From contig CAVPBK010000006.1 of assembly GCA_963701855.1 (NCBI GenBank), positions 1,568,502 through 1,632,501 of the forward strand: a stretch of DNA of 64,000 nt, read 5' to 3'. The position numbers were made by a program, and so were the translations under genes. Within the stretch, counting starts at the first letter, position 1; each line of letters opens with the position of its first letter. Below are positions 1-10,080 of the stretch, piece by piece. Under the pieces are notes generated by a model. The model saw only the letters and a list, made by a program, of their open reading frames with translations, searched no databases and had not been told where the DNA came from. Origin of the DNA: Nitrospirota bacterium. Lineage in GTDB: Bacteria; Nitrospirota; Nitrospiria; Nitrospirales; Nitrospiraceae.

Positions 1-103
1 CCTTCATCTCATCCTTCATTTTTCCCATGTCTTCGGCAAATGAAAGAGAGCTGAAACCTACCAGACCCATTACTGCTATGAGTGACAGCATGATCTTTTT
101 CAT
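1..103 (-). CDS. Exported Met/Lys/Asp-rich small protein, N-terminus only (pentapeptide MXKDX-repeat-like); runs off the window
   Basis: Manual translation from ATG at 103: MKKIMLSLIAVMGLVGFSSLSFA|EDMGKMKDEMK. Signal peptide followed by M/K/D-rich repeats. Not in the ORF track. Confidence 0.6.
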   Translation of the reverse strand, partial: MKKIMLSLIAVMGLVGFSSLSFAEDMGKMKDEMK

Positions 104-647
104 CGAAAACCTTCTATGTGTTAGTAAGTGACAAATGACCTGACCCAGCCTGCGCTCTTCGAATATCTAAATCAACACATCACCCGAAGAACCAACCGGA
201 ATCGACCGGTCCCAGTCATCGCAGTTGGTCGTAGCGACACTCACAAAGACAAAATGATCCACATTGATCGAGCGTGCGAGCCGAAATGATTTGTTTTTGA
301 CCCTCAGGCGAGGGTACGCTGATGCCCGCACAAAATCGAGAAGGCCCCCCCACGTTCTGCGCTAGGGTTTTTGACAACCATGCCTACCTGACTTGCGCCT
401 TGAGAAAACAGAGCATCTACAGGCTTCAGTATCAGTTTACAACTCGACCGGCTCCACACGTTTGATATGTGGATGCCACAGTCTATTTCGTAGGTTCTGA
501 GCGCATGTAGGTGCGATTCGAAGAACTGGATTAGAAACTGGATTGTTGAGGGGTTTTAGGAGATACGACTGAGAGGAATAACCTTGACCCTCCCCTGATT
601 TCACAGCCACCTCCATACGGGGGAGAATGATGAAATTGGAGGTCAGT

Positions 648-944
648 ATGCCCAAAACAACCCGGCGTCAGTTTACCGACGCATTCAAGTCCGAGGCCGT
701 ACGGCTCACGCGGGAATCGGGTCGGCCGGTGGCCCAGGTGGCGCGGGAGCTCGGAATTTCGGACAATGTGCTATATCGCTGGAGGAGTGAGCAGCAACAG
801 GTCGAATCCCAGGGCCGCACGCGCCAGGCGGTGCGCACTGAGCAGGATGAACTGACACGACTGAAACGGGAAAATGAGACGCTGCGGAAGGAACGGGATT
901 TTTTACAACGTGCGGCGGCGTTCTTCGCGAGGGAATGCGAATGA
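648..944 (+). CDS. IS3 transposase OrfA (HTH + leucine zipper)
   Basis: RRQFTDAFKSEAVRL...VARELGIS...LKRENETLRKERDFL. GGAGG RBS before ATG 648. Confidence 0.93.
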   Translation: MPKTTRRQFTDAFKSEAVRLTRESGRPVAQVARELGISDNVLYRWRSEQQQVESQGRTRQAVRTEQDELTRLKRENETLRKERDFLQRAAAFFARECE

Positions 945-1804
945 AATACCTCGCGATCCAGGAGCACGACCGTCGCTATCCGATCCGGCCGATGTGCCGC
1001 GCCCTTGCCGTCTCGGCTGCGGGCTATTACGCGTGGCGCTCACGGCCTGAAAGTACCCGATCAGTGTCTGCCCGGACCGTGCTCTCAGCCATCCGGGTGA
1101 TCCATCGAGAGTCCCGTGAGACCTACGGCAGTCCTAGCATCTGGGATGCCCTGGTCAAGCAGGGACACCGCATTGGCGAGCATCGCGTCGCCCGGCTGAT
1201 GCGCCAGGACGGCATCCGGGCCAAGACCGTGAAGAAGTGGCGTGCCACCACCCAGTCCCAGCATCGGTTCCCCGTGGCGGCGAACACCCTCAATCGCCAG
1301 TTCACGGTCGAGTCTCCGAATCGGGTGTGGGCCGGGGACCTCACCTACGTGTGGACCACAGAGGGCTGGCTCTACCTGGCCGTGATCCTCGATCTGTACT
1401 CGCGCCTCGTGATCGGCTGGGCGATGGGCCACCGGCTGACCGTGGAACTGGCCGAGCAGGCCCTCACGATGGCGCTGGTAAACCGGAACCCAAGGGCCGG
1501 GCTTCTGCACCACTCGGATCGCGGGAGTCAGTATGCGGCTACGCGCTACCAGCGTCTGCTCGGCGAGCACGGCATCACCCCCAGCATGAGCCGCACCGGC
1601 AACTGCTGGGACAACGCCTGTGTCGAACGCTTCTTCGGGACCCTTAAGCGCGAGCTCGTGTCCCATCGGCGCTATGCAACCCGTGACGACGCGACACGGG
1701 ATATCTTTGAGTACATTGAGGTGTTCTATAACCGGAGACGCCGTCACTCGACCCTCGGCGATGACTCCCCGACCGAGTACGAAGCGAGGACGGAGGTGGC
1801 TTAA
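941..1804 (+). CDS. IS3 transposase OrfB (DDE integrase core)
   Basis: WAGDLTY, HHSDRGSQY, DNACVERFFGTLKRE motifs. In -1 frame to orfA with an ATGA overlap at 941-944. Confidence 0.95.
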   Translation: MKYLAIQEHDRRYPIRPMCRALAVSAAGYYAWRSRPESTRSVSARTVLSAIRVIHRESRETYGSPSIWDALVKQGHRIGEHRVARLMRQDGIRAKTVKKWRATTQSQHRFPVAANTLNRQFTVESPNRVWAGDLTYVWTTEGWLYLAVILDLYSRLVIGWAMGHRLTVELAEQALTMALVNRNPRAGLLHHSDRGSQYAATRYQRLLGEHGITPSMSRTGNCWDNACVERFFGTLKRELVSHRRYATRDDATRDIFEYIEVFYNRRRRHSTLGDDSPTEYEARTEVA

Positions 1805-1862
1805 CCCGGTGTCCACGGAATTGGGGGAAGGTCACCTCCTTGTTAGGTTTTTCCGGTAGTGG

Positions 1863-2075
1863 TCAGTTGGAATTAATCAACGCTTTGGCCTTTGCTAGAG
1901 CGGCTGCTTCTGCGTCTTGGCGGGAATGGAAGCTACCATCTGCATAGCCACTTCGCTTTCCCATGTCAGTATTGCCGAATTTCGCAACCACATACTGACA
2001 TGTCCATATCCCGGCATCTTGGTGGCCTGACCTCAATGTAATTTTGTGACCATTATAATATTCATCCAATTTCAT
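1863..2075 (-). CDS. Small hypothetical protein
   Basis: 70-aa ORF with GGAGG RBS and protein-like composition (YNGHKI...FHSRQDAEAAALAKAKALIN). Confidence 0.6.
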   Translation of the reverse strand: MKLDEYYNGHKITLRSGHQDAGIWTCQYVVAKFGNTDMGKRSGYADGSFHSRQDAEAAALAKAKALINSN

Positions 2076-2130
2076 GCCCTCCTTTACCCAACTAATCCCG
2101 CAATCCAAACTGACCCCCTACCGCTTAATC

Positions 2131-2361
2131 TCACTTCTGTTTCGCCACAATCTTGTGCCTGATCTGCTCATCCGTGGTTCGCGGAAGAATCTTCTTCTCC
2201 ATCAACTCATCGTTCTGCTGGTATGGTCGGCCCTTGATGAGTTTCCCGGGGTAGACCTGGCCAATACCGAGGACAATGGACCAACCAAGCGGGGCGGAAA
2301 CCACAAGTCCAATGACGGCCAGTAGGAAGCTTCCTCCGACAAGCGCGCGTAGAGTGGTCAT
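2131..2361 (-). CDS. Small hypothetical membrane or exported protein
   Basis: AGGAGG RBS and hydrophobic N-terminus. Confidence 0.45.
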   Translation of the reverse strand: MTTLRALVGGSFLLAVIGLVVSAPLGWSIVLGIGQVYPGKLIKGRPYQQNDELMEKKILPRTTDEQIRHKIVAKQK

Positions 2362-2482
2362 GATGACGCCTCCTTGCAACTCAGCTTGTGAATGTTCGCT
2401 CTATGAAAAGAATAGCGGTGCGAGGCATGGGGCGAAAGACCCGAAGGTAGTACTTCGGAGGGGGGGTCTTGTGTCGTTGGAA

Positions 2483-2860
2483 TTATCGACCGAGGTGTTG
2501 AATCGTCGTGGCTTCGACACAGATGCGGAGGGGGAGGTTCCCACTGTTTCGAAACACGTGAATTTGCGCGGTTACTTGGATCCGGTCTCCGTTTCTCAAA
2601 GGCTCAATCAGACGATTCGAGCGACGGATCGCCACGTCAATGGAGCCGGTGTCATCTTGCAGCGTGAAGGAGGAACTCCCACACCTCCCTCCTAATTCAT
2701 TCTGACGCGAACGCGACAGATGGACCACGCCTTGGAGTGTCACCAGTTCCAAATTGGAGGAGTCGGCAGACGAGCTGAGGCTCCCGATGGAAACCTGGCC
2801 CCACGCCTCGGTGGTGACCACCAGCAGGATGCCCAACAATCCAGATCGCACAGGTCCCAT
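2483..2860 (-). CDS. Exported OB-fold protein
   Basis: Signal peptide (AWG). VTLQGVV...FTLQDDTGSIDV...GDRIQVTAQI OB-fold pattern. Confidence 0.75.
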   Translation of the reverse strand: MGPVRSGLLGILLVVTTEAWGQVSIGSLSSSADSSNLELVTLQGVVHLSRSRQNELGGRCGSSSFTLQDDTGSIDVAIRRSNRLIEPLRNGDRIQVTAQIHVFRNSGNLPLRICVEATTIQHLGR

Positions 2861-3076
2861 GGAATGTTCCTTCCTCGGTTCAAGTGTAGCAGAAGCTCAT
2901 CGATTGATGTGTCTGCACTTGTCATAGCCGTGCGTCTGGATCGTGATGTCCTCCGCTCGCGGTTCCACCGCCCGCTCTCCTGGGGCAGGTCACGCGCTTG
3001 CGTCCACGACACAACCGACCAGGCAGGAGTGTCCCACTGTGTATTGATCCATACAAGGTTAACCGGTCCATTAGGA

Positions 3077-3105
3077 TTGACAGGTTGCCAGAAGAGCCGT
3101 AGGCT
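3077..3105 (+). promoter_or_regulatory. Putative sigma70 promoter
   Basis: TTGACA-N17-TAGGCT just upstream of the lipoprotein gene. Confidence 0.5.
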
Positions 3106-3128
3106 GATCGGACTTGGGAGTGAGCGGA

Positions 3129-3749
3129 ATGATCAAAAGGACTGACTGCATGGGACTAGTCTTGGGCAGCCTCCTCATGACACTGGGCTGCTCGACGGCG
3201 CCAACGCCCGCAACGAGCCCCGATGCCGTGCGGCAACATGCCGACAAGGCCTTTCAACAGCTGAACGCGCAGGAGCATGCGCAGCAACAAAGCGACCCCC
3301 AATCCTCACCCCAAGCCTCGGCTCCTGGAGACACCACAGCCATGCCCGCACCGTCTATTGAGAAGGAGGCGCAGGTTCCATTGGCCGAGATTGGCTCATC
3401 CGATGGCGAATACATCCGAGCCACGGGGTATGGCAATCTCACGAGGGGGCTCTACCTTTGCCAGCATTCGGCTGATCTGGCTGCGCGTGTCGAACTCTCC
3501 AAGCTGGCTCATGTAAAGGTGACGGAACGATCGACCGACCGCATCCGCGAACGGACAGGAAAAGAGGCGGAGCAGGATATCGAAGTCGTCCGTGAAGGGC
3601 TGGTCAACGAGGTGCTGAGCGACGTGCGGATCGTGGACCGCAACGTGAACAAGGAGGCCGGCACCTGTTCAAGCACCGCCGCGATTCCCAAACGGAATCT
3701 CTTCCCCACGCCGGCCGGTTCTGATGCCAGGACCTCCGCGCCCCGGTAA
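3129..3749 (+). CDS. Lipoprotein, LPP20-like
   Basis: Lipobox TLGC. IRATGYG...ADLAARVELSK pattern. Confidence 0.7.
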   Translation: MIKRTDCMGLVLGSLLMTLGCSTAPTPATSPDAVRQHADKAFQQLNAQEHAQQQSDPQSSPQASAPGDTTAMPAPSIEKEAQVPLAEIGSSDGEYIRATGYGNLTRGLYLCQHSADLAARVELSKLAHVKVTERSTDRIRERTGKEAEQDIEVVREGLVNEVLSDVRIVDRNVNKEAGTCSSTAAIPKRNLFPTPAGSDARTSAPR

Positions 3750-3773
3750 GCGAACAGGATTGTTTACGCACCG

Positions 3774-4994
3774 CTAACGACCGCGATGTCCGCCGCCGAC
3801 GTGACCACCCCCGCTGGAACGCCCACCCATTCCGCCAAAGTGCTGAGGATTTATTTGCTGGTTTGAGTAGGGTGCGGAATAAGGCGCGCGAAGCACCGGA
3901 GGGTTAGGTTGCGCGAAATGGGGCGGATGAACCTGCTGCAGCGTCGGGGGCAGAGGGGTGGAGAAGTGCTGCGGCGTCGGCGTGGTCGAAGGATCCGACC
4001 CCAATGACTGATTCAGATGCGTTGGGGGGGTGAGATGCTGCGGGGCAGACGGCGGCACAAGCAGGGAGGCACGCGGCGGTATTGGCGACGAGAGTCCGGG
4101 CGCGGCCCCTGAGGGAACGGCTCCGCGCTGCACCGTCACGACCTGTTGCAACGTTCGAAGATGACGATTTTGCGGATTGATCTGTCCCGCTTGGAGCAGC
4201 AGTCCGTGAACTTGCTGCACACCGATCCATGGATAGGGGTAGACGATCGGCCTCACATAGACCCAATCGGTCCAGGCTTGGGACACGAGGGCATTGGTTT
4301 GCAGCTGGTTTAACAGGTCCTGGCGTTGCTGATTGAGCGTCTGAACCTCACTGGGCGAGACGGCGGTGGTTAATGCCTGATTGGCGGCATCGAGCTGTTG
4401 ATGCAATTGATCCGTTTCGGCTCGGAGCGCTACAAGCTCCTGTTTCGCGCTCTCATTGTCTCGAAGTGCGGCGATTGCCTGAGCGACTTCATTGGGATCC
4501 ACTTGCGCCGTGAGATCGGCCTGGATCACCACGGTCTCTCCCTCAAGTCGTGTGCTGATCTCCTGATTCAACACCATGACGATGCCGGCGGTATAGGTCC
4601 GAATGTCATCCCGTGTGACGTCCAAATTTTTGACTTCAGTTACGCTCTCGAGGTAGGTCGCAACCTGCTCAAGCGCCTGTCTCTTTGCCGCTTCAATGGC
4701 TAATCGGACGGCGTCCGCTCGGGTGTCGTGATCGCCCATGCGATACTCACCGCTCGCGGTGACGACCCGGATGGCCGCCGGAAGAGAGTTTGGTGCTTCG
4801 GCCCCAACAGGTGAGGAGGTATCGGAATCGAGAGGGACGACTCGACTGCGATATTTCTCCGGGACCGAGTACAGCTCGGTGGTGAAATTCGGGGTGCCTG
4901 AGTCGTCTTTATATGTGTAGATTTGACTGGCGGCAAAACTGTGAGACACAGCAAACACGAACGAAAGCATGAGCATCTGGCCGAATACCAGCAT
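3774..4994 (-). CDS. Exported DUF4124-domain protein with coiled coil and Pro/Gly-rich tail
   Basis: Signal peptide. IYTYKDDSGTPNFT..VPEKYR (DUF4124). Low-complexity C-terminus. Confidence 0.8.
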   Translation of the reverse strand: MLVFGQMLMLSFVFAVSHSFAASQIYTYKDDSGTPNFTTELYSVPEKYRSRVVPLDSDTSSPVGAEAPNSLPAAIRVVTASGEYRMGDHDTRADAVRLAIEAAKRQALEQVATYLESVTEVKNLDVTRDDIRTYTAGIVMVLNQEISTRLEGETVVIQADLTAQVDPNEVAQAIAALRDNESAKQELVALRAETDQLHQQLDAANQALTTAVSPSEVQTLNQQRQDLLNQLQTNALVSQAWTDWVYVRPIVYPYPWIGVQQVHGLLLQAGQINPQNRHLRTLQQVVTVQRGAVPSGAAPGLSSPIPPRASLLVPPSAPQHLTPPTHLNQSLGSDPSTTPTPQHFSTPLPPTLQQVHPPHFAQPNPPVLRAPYSAPYSNQQINPQHFGGMGGRSSGGGHVGGGHRGR

Positions 4995-5742
4995 GAATGT
5001 GCCTCACAATAATACACTCTCAATTGTACCATAGACTTGGTCAGCTCTCTGATGCCGCCGATGTGGCCGCGAAGTTGAGAGGAAAACCCTGGGAGTAGTG
5101 CTCTGAAACTATGTCACACTTTCCGCTATAGGTGCTCTGCTCCGCTGAACGTCGTTCCCGCTATTCTCCCTTCCCCTACGTCAGAAGTGTCCAGCACTCA
5201 CTCTGAATATTGATCCACAGAGGTGGCGAGGTACTGGAGGAGCCAAGTTGCTCAACATAGATATGTGCACACCGATACTGCGCCTGCGTCACCAGAGCCA
5301 GATGCACAGACAGAGCCCCACTCCGATCGCGCAACACCTGCCAGTCTTCTTCTTACAAAATAAGAAAAATGGGGCCCTGACCCGGACCAGCCCCTCAAAT
5401 CGGGGAGAGGAGCTCCGTCTACAACGGGTATCGAATTCTCGGGCGCGAAGTGAGCGTCAAATCAGCGAATGAGAAGAGACACCAGAATAGACAGCTCAGT
5501 CCCGCCTGAAAAATGCTAATAAGATTTTTGGACAAACTGATGGTGTGGGAATGATTGAGAGTGACAATCCCGTTATCAATCATAGGGTTCTGATAGATTA
5601 CTTCGTGCGTCTTCGCGTCCCGGCTTCATTTGGCCAGTCCGTGTAACCTTTTTACTAGTCGGAGCAACTTGATGAATAAGGGGTGAAGTAGCAACACGGA
5701 CGAGTTGGTTCAACAGGCGCTCTATTTCATCAAAAAAATCCT

Positions 5743-5925
5743 ATGAAGCGTGGAACGATAATACTTCTCGGGGTTGCGGCGGGCACGATGCTATTGGGAA
5801 TGGCGACCCCATTTGCCTGGGCGGACGTGGGGGCAGCTTGCAGGGACGGTGGCCAGGCGTTCGGCGAGGATAACCCTCTGAACCTCTTCAAAACCCAGCG
5901 GGAACAACATGGTCTTGAGCCGTGA
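5743..5925 (+). pseudogene. Signal-peptide-bearing N-terminal gene fragment abutting the kinase fragment
   Basis: MKRGTIILLGVAAGTMLLGMATPFAWA signal peptide. The ORF ends after 60 aa, overlapping unrelated HATPase sequence. Confidence 0.45.
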
Positions 5926-6224
5926 GCAATCGATTACGCTGTTCCACATCCTCCAAGAGGGCTTGACCAACGTGGCGCGGCATGCTCAAGCCACCAACGT
6001 CCACATCAGGTTGGAACAATCTGGTGAGCCTGTGTCGTTGCAAGTCGAAGACAACGGTAGAGGTATCACCGGTGTGGAGCAGTCCGGACCGAAAGCATTC
6101 GGTCTGCTGGGCATACGCCTCCGGGCCCAACAGCAAGGCGGTGCCTTCGACATCCAGGGCATGTCGGGAACTGGCACAACGGTCACCCGTCCAGATCCCA
6201 CTATATCGGACCACCGATGATTAA
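5909..6224 (+). pseudogene. Truncated NarX/HisKA_3-type histidine kinase (HATPase domain only, +1 frameshift near 6187)
   Basis: ILQEGLTNVARHA, VEDNGRG, FGLLGIRLRA motifs. No H-box or sensor upstream. The C-terminal VQIPL lies in another frame. Confidence 0.8.
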
Positions 6225-6855
6225 CATTCTCCTAACAGACGATCACCCGTACCTGCGCCGCGGCCTGGTCCAGATTTTCATCGATGAATTCCCTGGGGCC
6301 GTAATAGGCGAAGCCTCGAATGTCTCCGAACTGCTCGAGCAGGCTCAGAAACAGCGGTGGGACGTGGTCGTGCTGGATCTGAATATGCCCGGGCGTGGCG
6401 GGCTGGAGGCCTTACACGAACTGAGAGTGCTCTGCCCGAGCCTTCCCGTGTTGGTGTTGAGCATGCATCCCGAAGACCAGTTTGCCATACGGGTGCTGCG
6501 GGCCGGGGGGGCCGGGTACCTGACGAAGGAAAGCGCCCCGCAGGAATTAGTTCATGCCATCAAGGCCATCTGGAGGGGAGGAAAATACATCACGCCCAAA
6601 GCGGCCGAACTTCTCGCGGCACACATGTATCAACACGGCGACAGCGAACAGCCGCTTCACCATTCCTTGTCTGATCGTGAGTACCAGGTGTTCAGCTTGA
6701 TCGCAGCCGGACGCACGATTACTGACATCTCCGATCAACTCGCCCTCAGCGTCAAAACCATCAGCACCTATCGTTCCCGCATTCTCACAAAGCTCAATTT
6801 CAAAACGAATGCGGACTTGGCGCGCTACGCGGTTCAGCATCACATCGTGGAATGA
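6217..6855 (+). CDS. NarL/LuxR-family response regulator
   Basis: REC domain (DDH, LDLNMPG, GYLTK) plus LuxR HTH (LSDREYQV...LSVKTISTYRSRILTKL). Confidence 0.95.
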   Translation: MINILLTDDHPYLRRGLVQIFIDEFPGAVIGEASNVSELLEQAQKQRWDVVVLDLNMPGRGGLEALHELRVLCPSLPVLVLSMHPEDQFAIRVLRAGGAGYLTKESAPQELVHAIKAIWRGGKYITPKAAELLAAHMYQHGDSEQPLHHSLSDREYQVFSLIAAGRTITDISDQLALSVKTISTYRSRILTKLNFKTNADLARYAVQHHIVE

Positions 6856-7153
6856 CCACATCTGTTGTTCTACCATGTAACGTCCTAGGGTAATTCACTG
6901 TCTTTCGGCATATACATCCTGCTTTCCTTCGCTGGCCGATCCTTCTTTCACCAGACAGGTCCCACAGACAACAACGGCCAATTCCCACACACACGAGCGA
7001 CGTAATCTGATCCTTCTCGATGAGAGGATGGTGTGTACTTCGGCTCACGGGCCATTGGTGACAATGGCCGCTGGCGCGTTGTGACGGGCCACACAGGGTA
7101 AGCATGTTCAGTGCGTGCGATCGGAGCCTACTGGAGAAAACGGAGGACTCGAG

Positions 7154-7366
7154 ATGAGTTGTCCACGCTGCGGAGGAGTGTTGGCTGCCGAGCTGACGGA
7201 GGCGATGGTCGAATTGGTCTGTGAACGGTTTGTCATCGAGGGCCGACACTGCCATTGCGACGACATCGAAGATCCTGTGCACACGCATCTGCTCCGGGAG
7301 ATTATTGTAGAGGTGATTGTTGAAGAGGGGCGTGAACCCACTCAACTGGAATGGAGGCTGCCATGA
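7154..7366 (+). CDS. Small degenerate zinc-ribbon-like protein
   Basis: GGAGG RBS. MSCPRCGG...RHCHC. Confidence 0.5.
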   Translation: MSCPRCGGVLAAELTEAMVELVCERFVIEGRHCHCDDIEDPVHTHLLREIIVEVIVEEGREPTQLEWRLP

Positions 7367-7776
7367 TTGGCTATGGGAAACGCGTGCTGGTCGTTGATGA
7401 CAATGAGCGAGAGCGGCAGGAGACGGCCTTTGTGTTGGAGCAAGCTGGCTTCGCGGTGGTGCTGGCTTGTGACGGTCTGCTCGCGTTGAGCGAAATGCGA
7501 CAGCGACGATTTGATGCTGTGGTGACCGATTTCCACATGCCCCGCCTGAACGGGCTCGAGTTCTTAGCGCAGAGTCGGCTCCTCTGGTCCGCTACTCCGG
7601 TCATTATTCTCTCGAGGGGCGAGTGGGATATGAGTGAAATGGCGACGGCACAAGGAGCGTTTGCCTGGATTTGCAAGTCATCTGATCCCGGTATTCTGTT
7701 GAGTATGCTCACCCTGGCTGTGAAGCAGAGCGTGGAATGGGAAGCCCAGCCCCCAATGGAGTGGGTGGGTGCATAG
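7363..7776 (+). CDS. Stand-alone response regulator receiver protein
   Basis: VLVVDD, VVTDFHMPRLNGLEFL, IILS, WICK motifs. Confidence 0.9.
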   Translation: MIGYGKRVLVVDDNERERQETAFVLEQAGFAVVLACDGLLALSEMRQRRFDAVVTDFHMPRLNGLEFLAQSRLLWSATPVIILSRGEWDMSEMATAQGAFAWICKSSDPGILLSMLTLAVKQSVEWEAQPPMEWVGA

Positions 7777-7811
7777 GAACGTCGGTGCGGAAAAAACGGG
7801 AGGAGCACATC

Positions 7812-8072
7812 ATGGCCACAGGACATGCGGATGCAGACGAGACTGTGCTGAACATGCTGCACCGATGTGAGGTGCTCATGCTGGAAGACCTCATCACCGG
7901 GCGACCGGATTTCAGTTGGGCACAATTGTTTCTCGCTATCGACCGGCTGAGCCGAACAAACGTGATCGCGCTCCGTCGAATCGGCCTGAGCTACGAAATT
8001 TGCCCGACGAACCCCGCGTGGCCCCTCGGTCACACGCCTCAGCGTCAAGAACCGGTTGTGCAGCAACGGTGA
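7812..8072 (+). CDS. Small hypothetical protein (wHTH-like)
   Basis: GGAGGAG RBS. FSWAQLFLAIDRLSR helix pattern. Confidence 0.6.
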   Translation: MATGHADADETVLNMLHRCEVLMLEDLITGRPDFSWAQLFLAIDRLSRTNVIALRRIGLSYEICPTNPAWPLGHTPQRQEPVVQQR

Positions 8073-8554
8073 CGAGCCAGAAGTATGCGAAATGGTGTTT
8101 GGACTCAAGGGGGTATGGAGCGCGAGCCTCAACGAGTCTGGGCAGAACTGAGAGGAACTGCCATGAGATTCGGCGTCATCGTGTCCGCCGTCATGGTCAG
8201 TGTGAGGCACGGCTCCCTGATGATCCCACTTCGTATCTGGAATGGACTCCCTCGGCAGTGCGACACGCCTGATTGCTGAAATCCGGTCGGCGCGACAGTT
8301 TTCAGAATCTATGCTCCCCGTTATCGCGAGCCGCCCCGGATGGTCAGTTGGTCGAGTGAGTCCGTACCCGTCATGTACCCGCCCATCAGGGCAGCTGAGG
8401 GCGCAGGACCACACTCCCCGGGGTTCGCACACTCTACTAGCGCTGAGCTGAAATGGCCGGGATCGATTGGGGTATCTGGGTGCCCGGCGCCGCACGCGGC
8501 TCTCCGATCGACCGGCTATGGCCTGACCAATATTTTCTGAAAGGATACGTCTCT

Positions 8555-9616
8555 ATGTCCTCGTGGATCATTGCTCTTCAGAGAGGTGCCCACTCATTGA
8601 ACGAGACTCTATTCGGTACGCTGAGAGAATCGACCAGTAGTTCGCTCCGTAGTCTGTATCACATCGCGCTGGTCAGCGTGAGCGCCTGGATTGCCATCTC
8701 TCTGCCTTGGATGGCCGAAACGTTTCTCGCCCATTGGTCTGGTCTGCAAGATCAAATGGAGTTCCTCGTCATCTCAGAAATAGCCATCGCCTTCTTGCTC
8801 ATCGTGTGGCTGGATTATTTGTGGAGGAGTGTCAGCAATAGGAAGCTTGCCAATATGTCAAAGGGTGCGGGGTTGGCACTGTTTTTCCCTAAAAAGGATC
8901 ATCTGATGCACCGAACCATTGCCCGCTTGAAGTACAAGCACGGCGTGGGACGGAATGTCATGATGATTGGGTCCACAGGCTGGACGACCTTTGTCAATCC
9001 ACAGGGAGATTTGCATGACGTCCTGGAGAATTGTCTTGAAGCGAAGATCTTGCTCTTGAACCCACACAGTGAAGAGGCGCGAATGCGCGCCACAATTCTT
9101 CAGCCTTCAGAAGCGATGATCGGCGACTGGAGCGAGCAGCTCAGAAGTTCGGTGCAATTTCTCAAAACACTGAAGCTCACACAGAAGAATATCAAGCTCA
9201 AGCTCTACCCTGACTATCCTCATGTCAAATTGGTGATTCTGGGCGATCACATTTGGGTACAGCATTATCATGCGACTCAGGATATCCAGACGATGCCGGA
9301 GTATGTATTCAGGCACACGCAACAAGACCATGGTCTGTATGCCTTGTTTTACCAGTATTTCGTGAAGCGGTGGGAAAGCCAGGAGATTCCAGAGTATGAC
9401 TTGGAGACAGACGAACTTGTCTACAAGAGTGCGAAGGGGATTGAAGAACGGAGAGAGCCGTTCAACTGGGATGATAGGAGCAACTCCGGTACGGGCGAAC
9501 TGCTGCTTCCAGACCAGATGCAGTTCGATGCGGCAGGTCGTCCCTACCAGGTATCCTCATTTCAAGCAAGTTCTCACCGAAGCCGTGAGACCCCCTCGCG
9601 GCTGGAAACCTTGTAA
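8555..9616 (+). CDS. Membrane protein: two TM helices plus a DUF5919/TrmB-sensor-like (PLD-fold-like) soluble domain
   Basis: Two hydrophobic segments, then MIGSTG...KILLLNPHSEEARMRA...LKLYPDYPHVKLVILGDHIWVQHY...YFVKRW. Confidence 0.7.
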   Translation: MSSWIIALQRGAHSLNETLFGTLRESTSSSLRSLYHIALVSVSAWIAISLPWMAETFLAHWSGLQDQMEFLVISEIAIAFLLIVWLDYLWRSVSNRKLANMSKGAGLALFFPKKDHLMHRTIARLKYKHGVGRNVMMIGSTGWTTFVNPQGDLHDVLENCLEAKILLLNPHSEEARMRATILQPSEAMIGDWSEQLRSSVQFLKTLKLTQKNIKLKLYPDYPHVKLVILGDHIWVQHYHATQDIQTMPEYVFRHTQQDHGLYALFYQYFVKRWESQEIPEYDLETDELVYKSAKGIEERREPFNWDDRSNSGTGELLLPDQMQFDAAGRPYQVSSFQASSHRSRETPSRLETL

Positions 9617-10080
9617 CAGTCCACATTGGCCTCAATCATGGGTATGTGGCGGAACTTTCGCACGTGAAGGAGAATTGTGGCAGGCGGAACGTACATTCGC
9701 CCCGCTGTCGCAACCCCCTTGCTACGCAGCCGCTTCAGGCCAGGCTATCAGATCGTCAGATCCAGATCCTAGGCATGTTGCCCATGGCAATACCATCACC
9801 CACAGGGTTGAAGCGCGCGCTGTTGAACAGGGCACATGTCAGGACCTCACGCGCAGGCATGGGGGAGTTAGCCTGCTCGCCTCGACCACGGAAGCCCACG
9901 ATTCTCCCCCCTTCCTTCTCAATCGGCCTTACCCGAGCCCTCCGCAGACTCATGTAAGAAATCCCTCACACCGAGACTGCTGAAGATCTGGCCTCGGAAC
10001 GAGGCGCTGTCTGATCGTGTGTCATGCTGATGTCGGCTGTAATGCCGGTAGACGATCAGAAGAAAAAGGAGGGCTCCTCT

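Larger units (their letters stand above)
585..1834 (+). mobile_element. IS3-family insertion sequence, apparently complete
   Basis: TG...CA ends. IRL TGACCCTCCCCTGATTTCACAGCCACC versus reverse complement of IRR TGACCTTCCCCCAATTCCGTGGACACC. Direct repeat CCT at 582-584 and 1835-1837. Contains orfA and orfB. Confidence 0.95.

Noticed and set aside
9646..9957. LuxR-HTH-like LSDRQIQIL motif
   Set aside because: The remainder of the HTH is absent, so likely chance.
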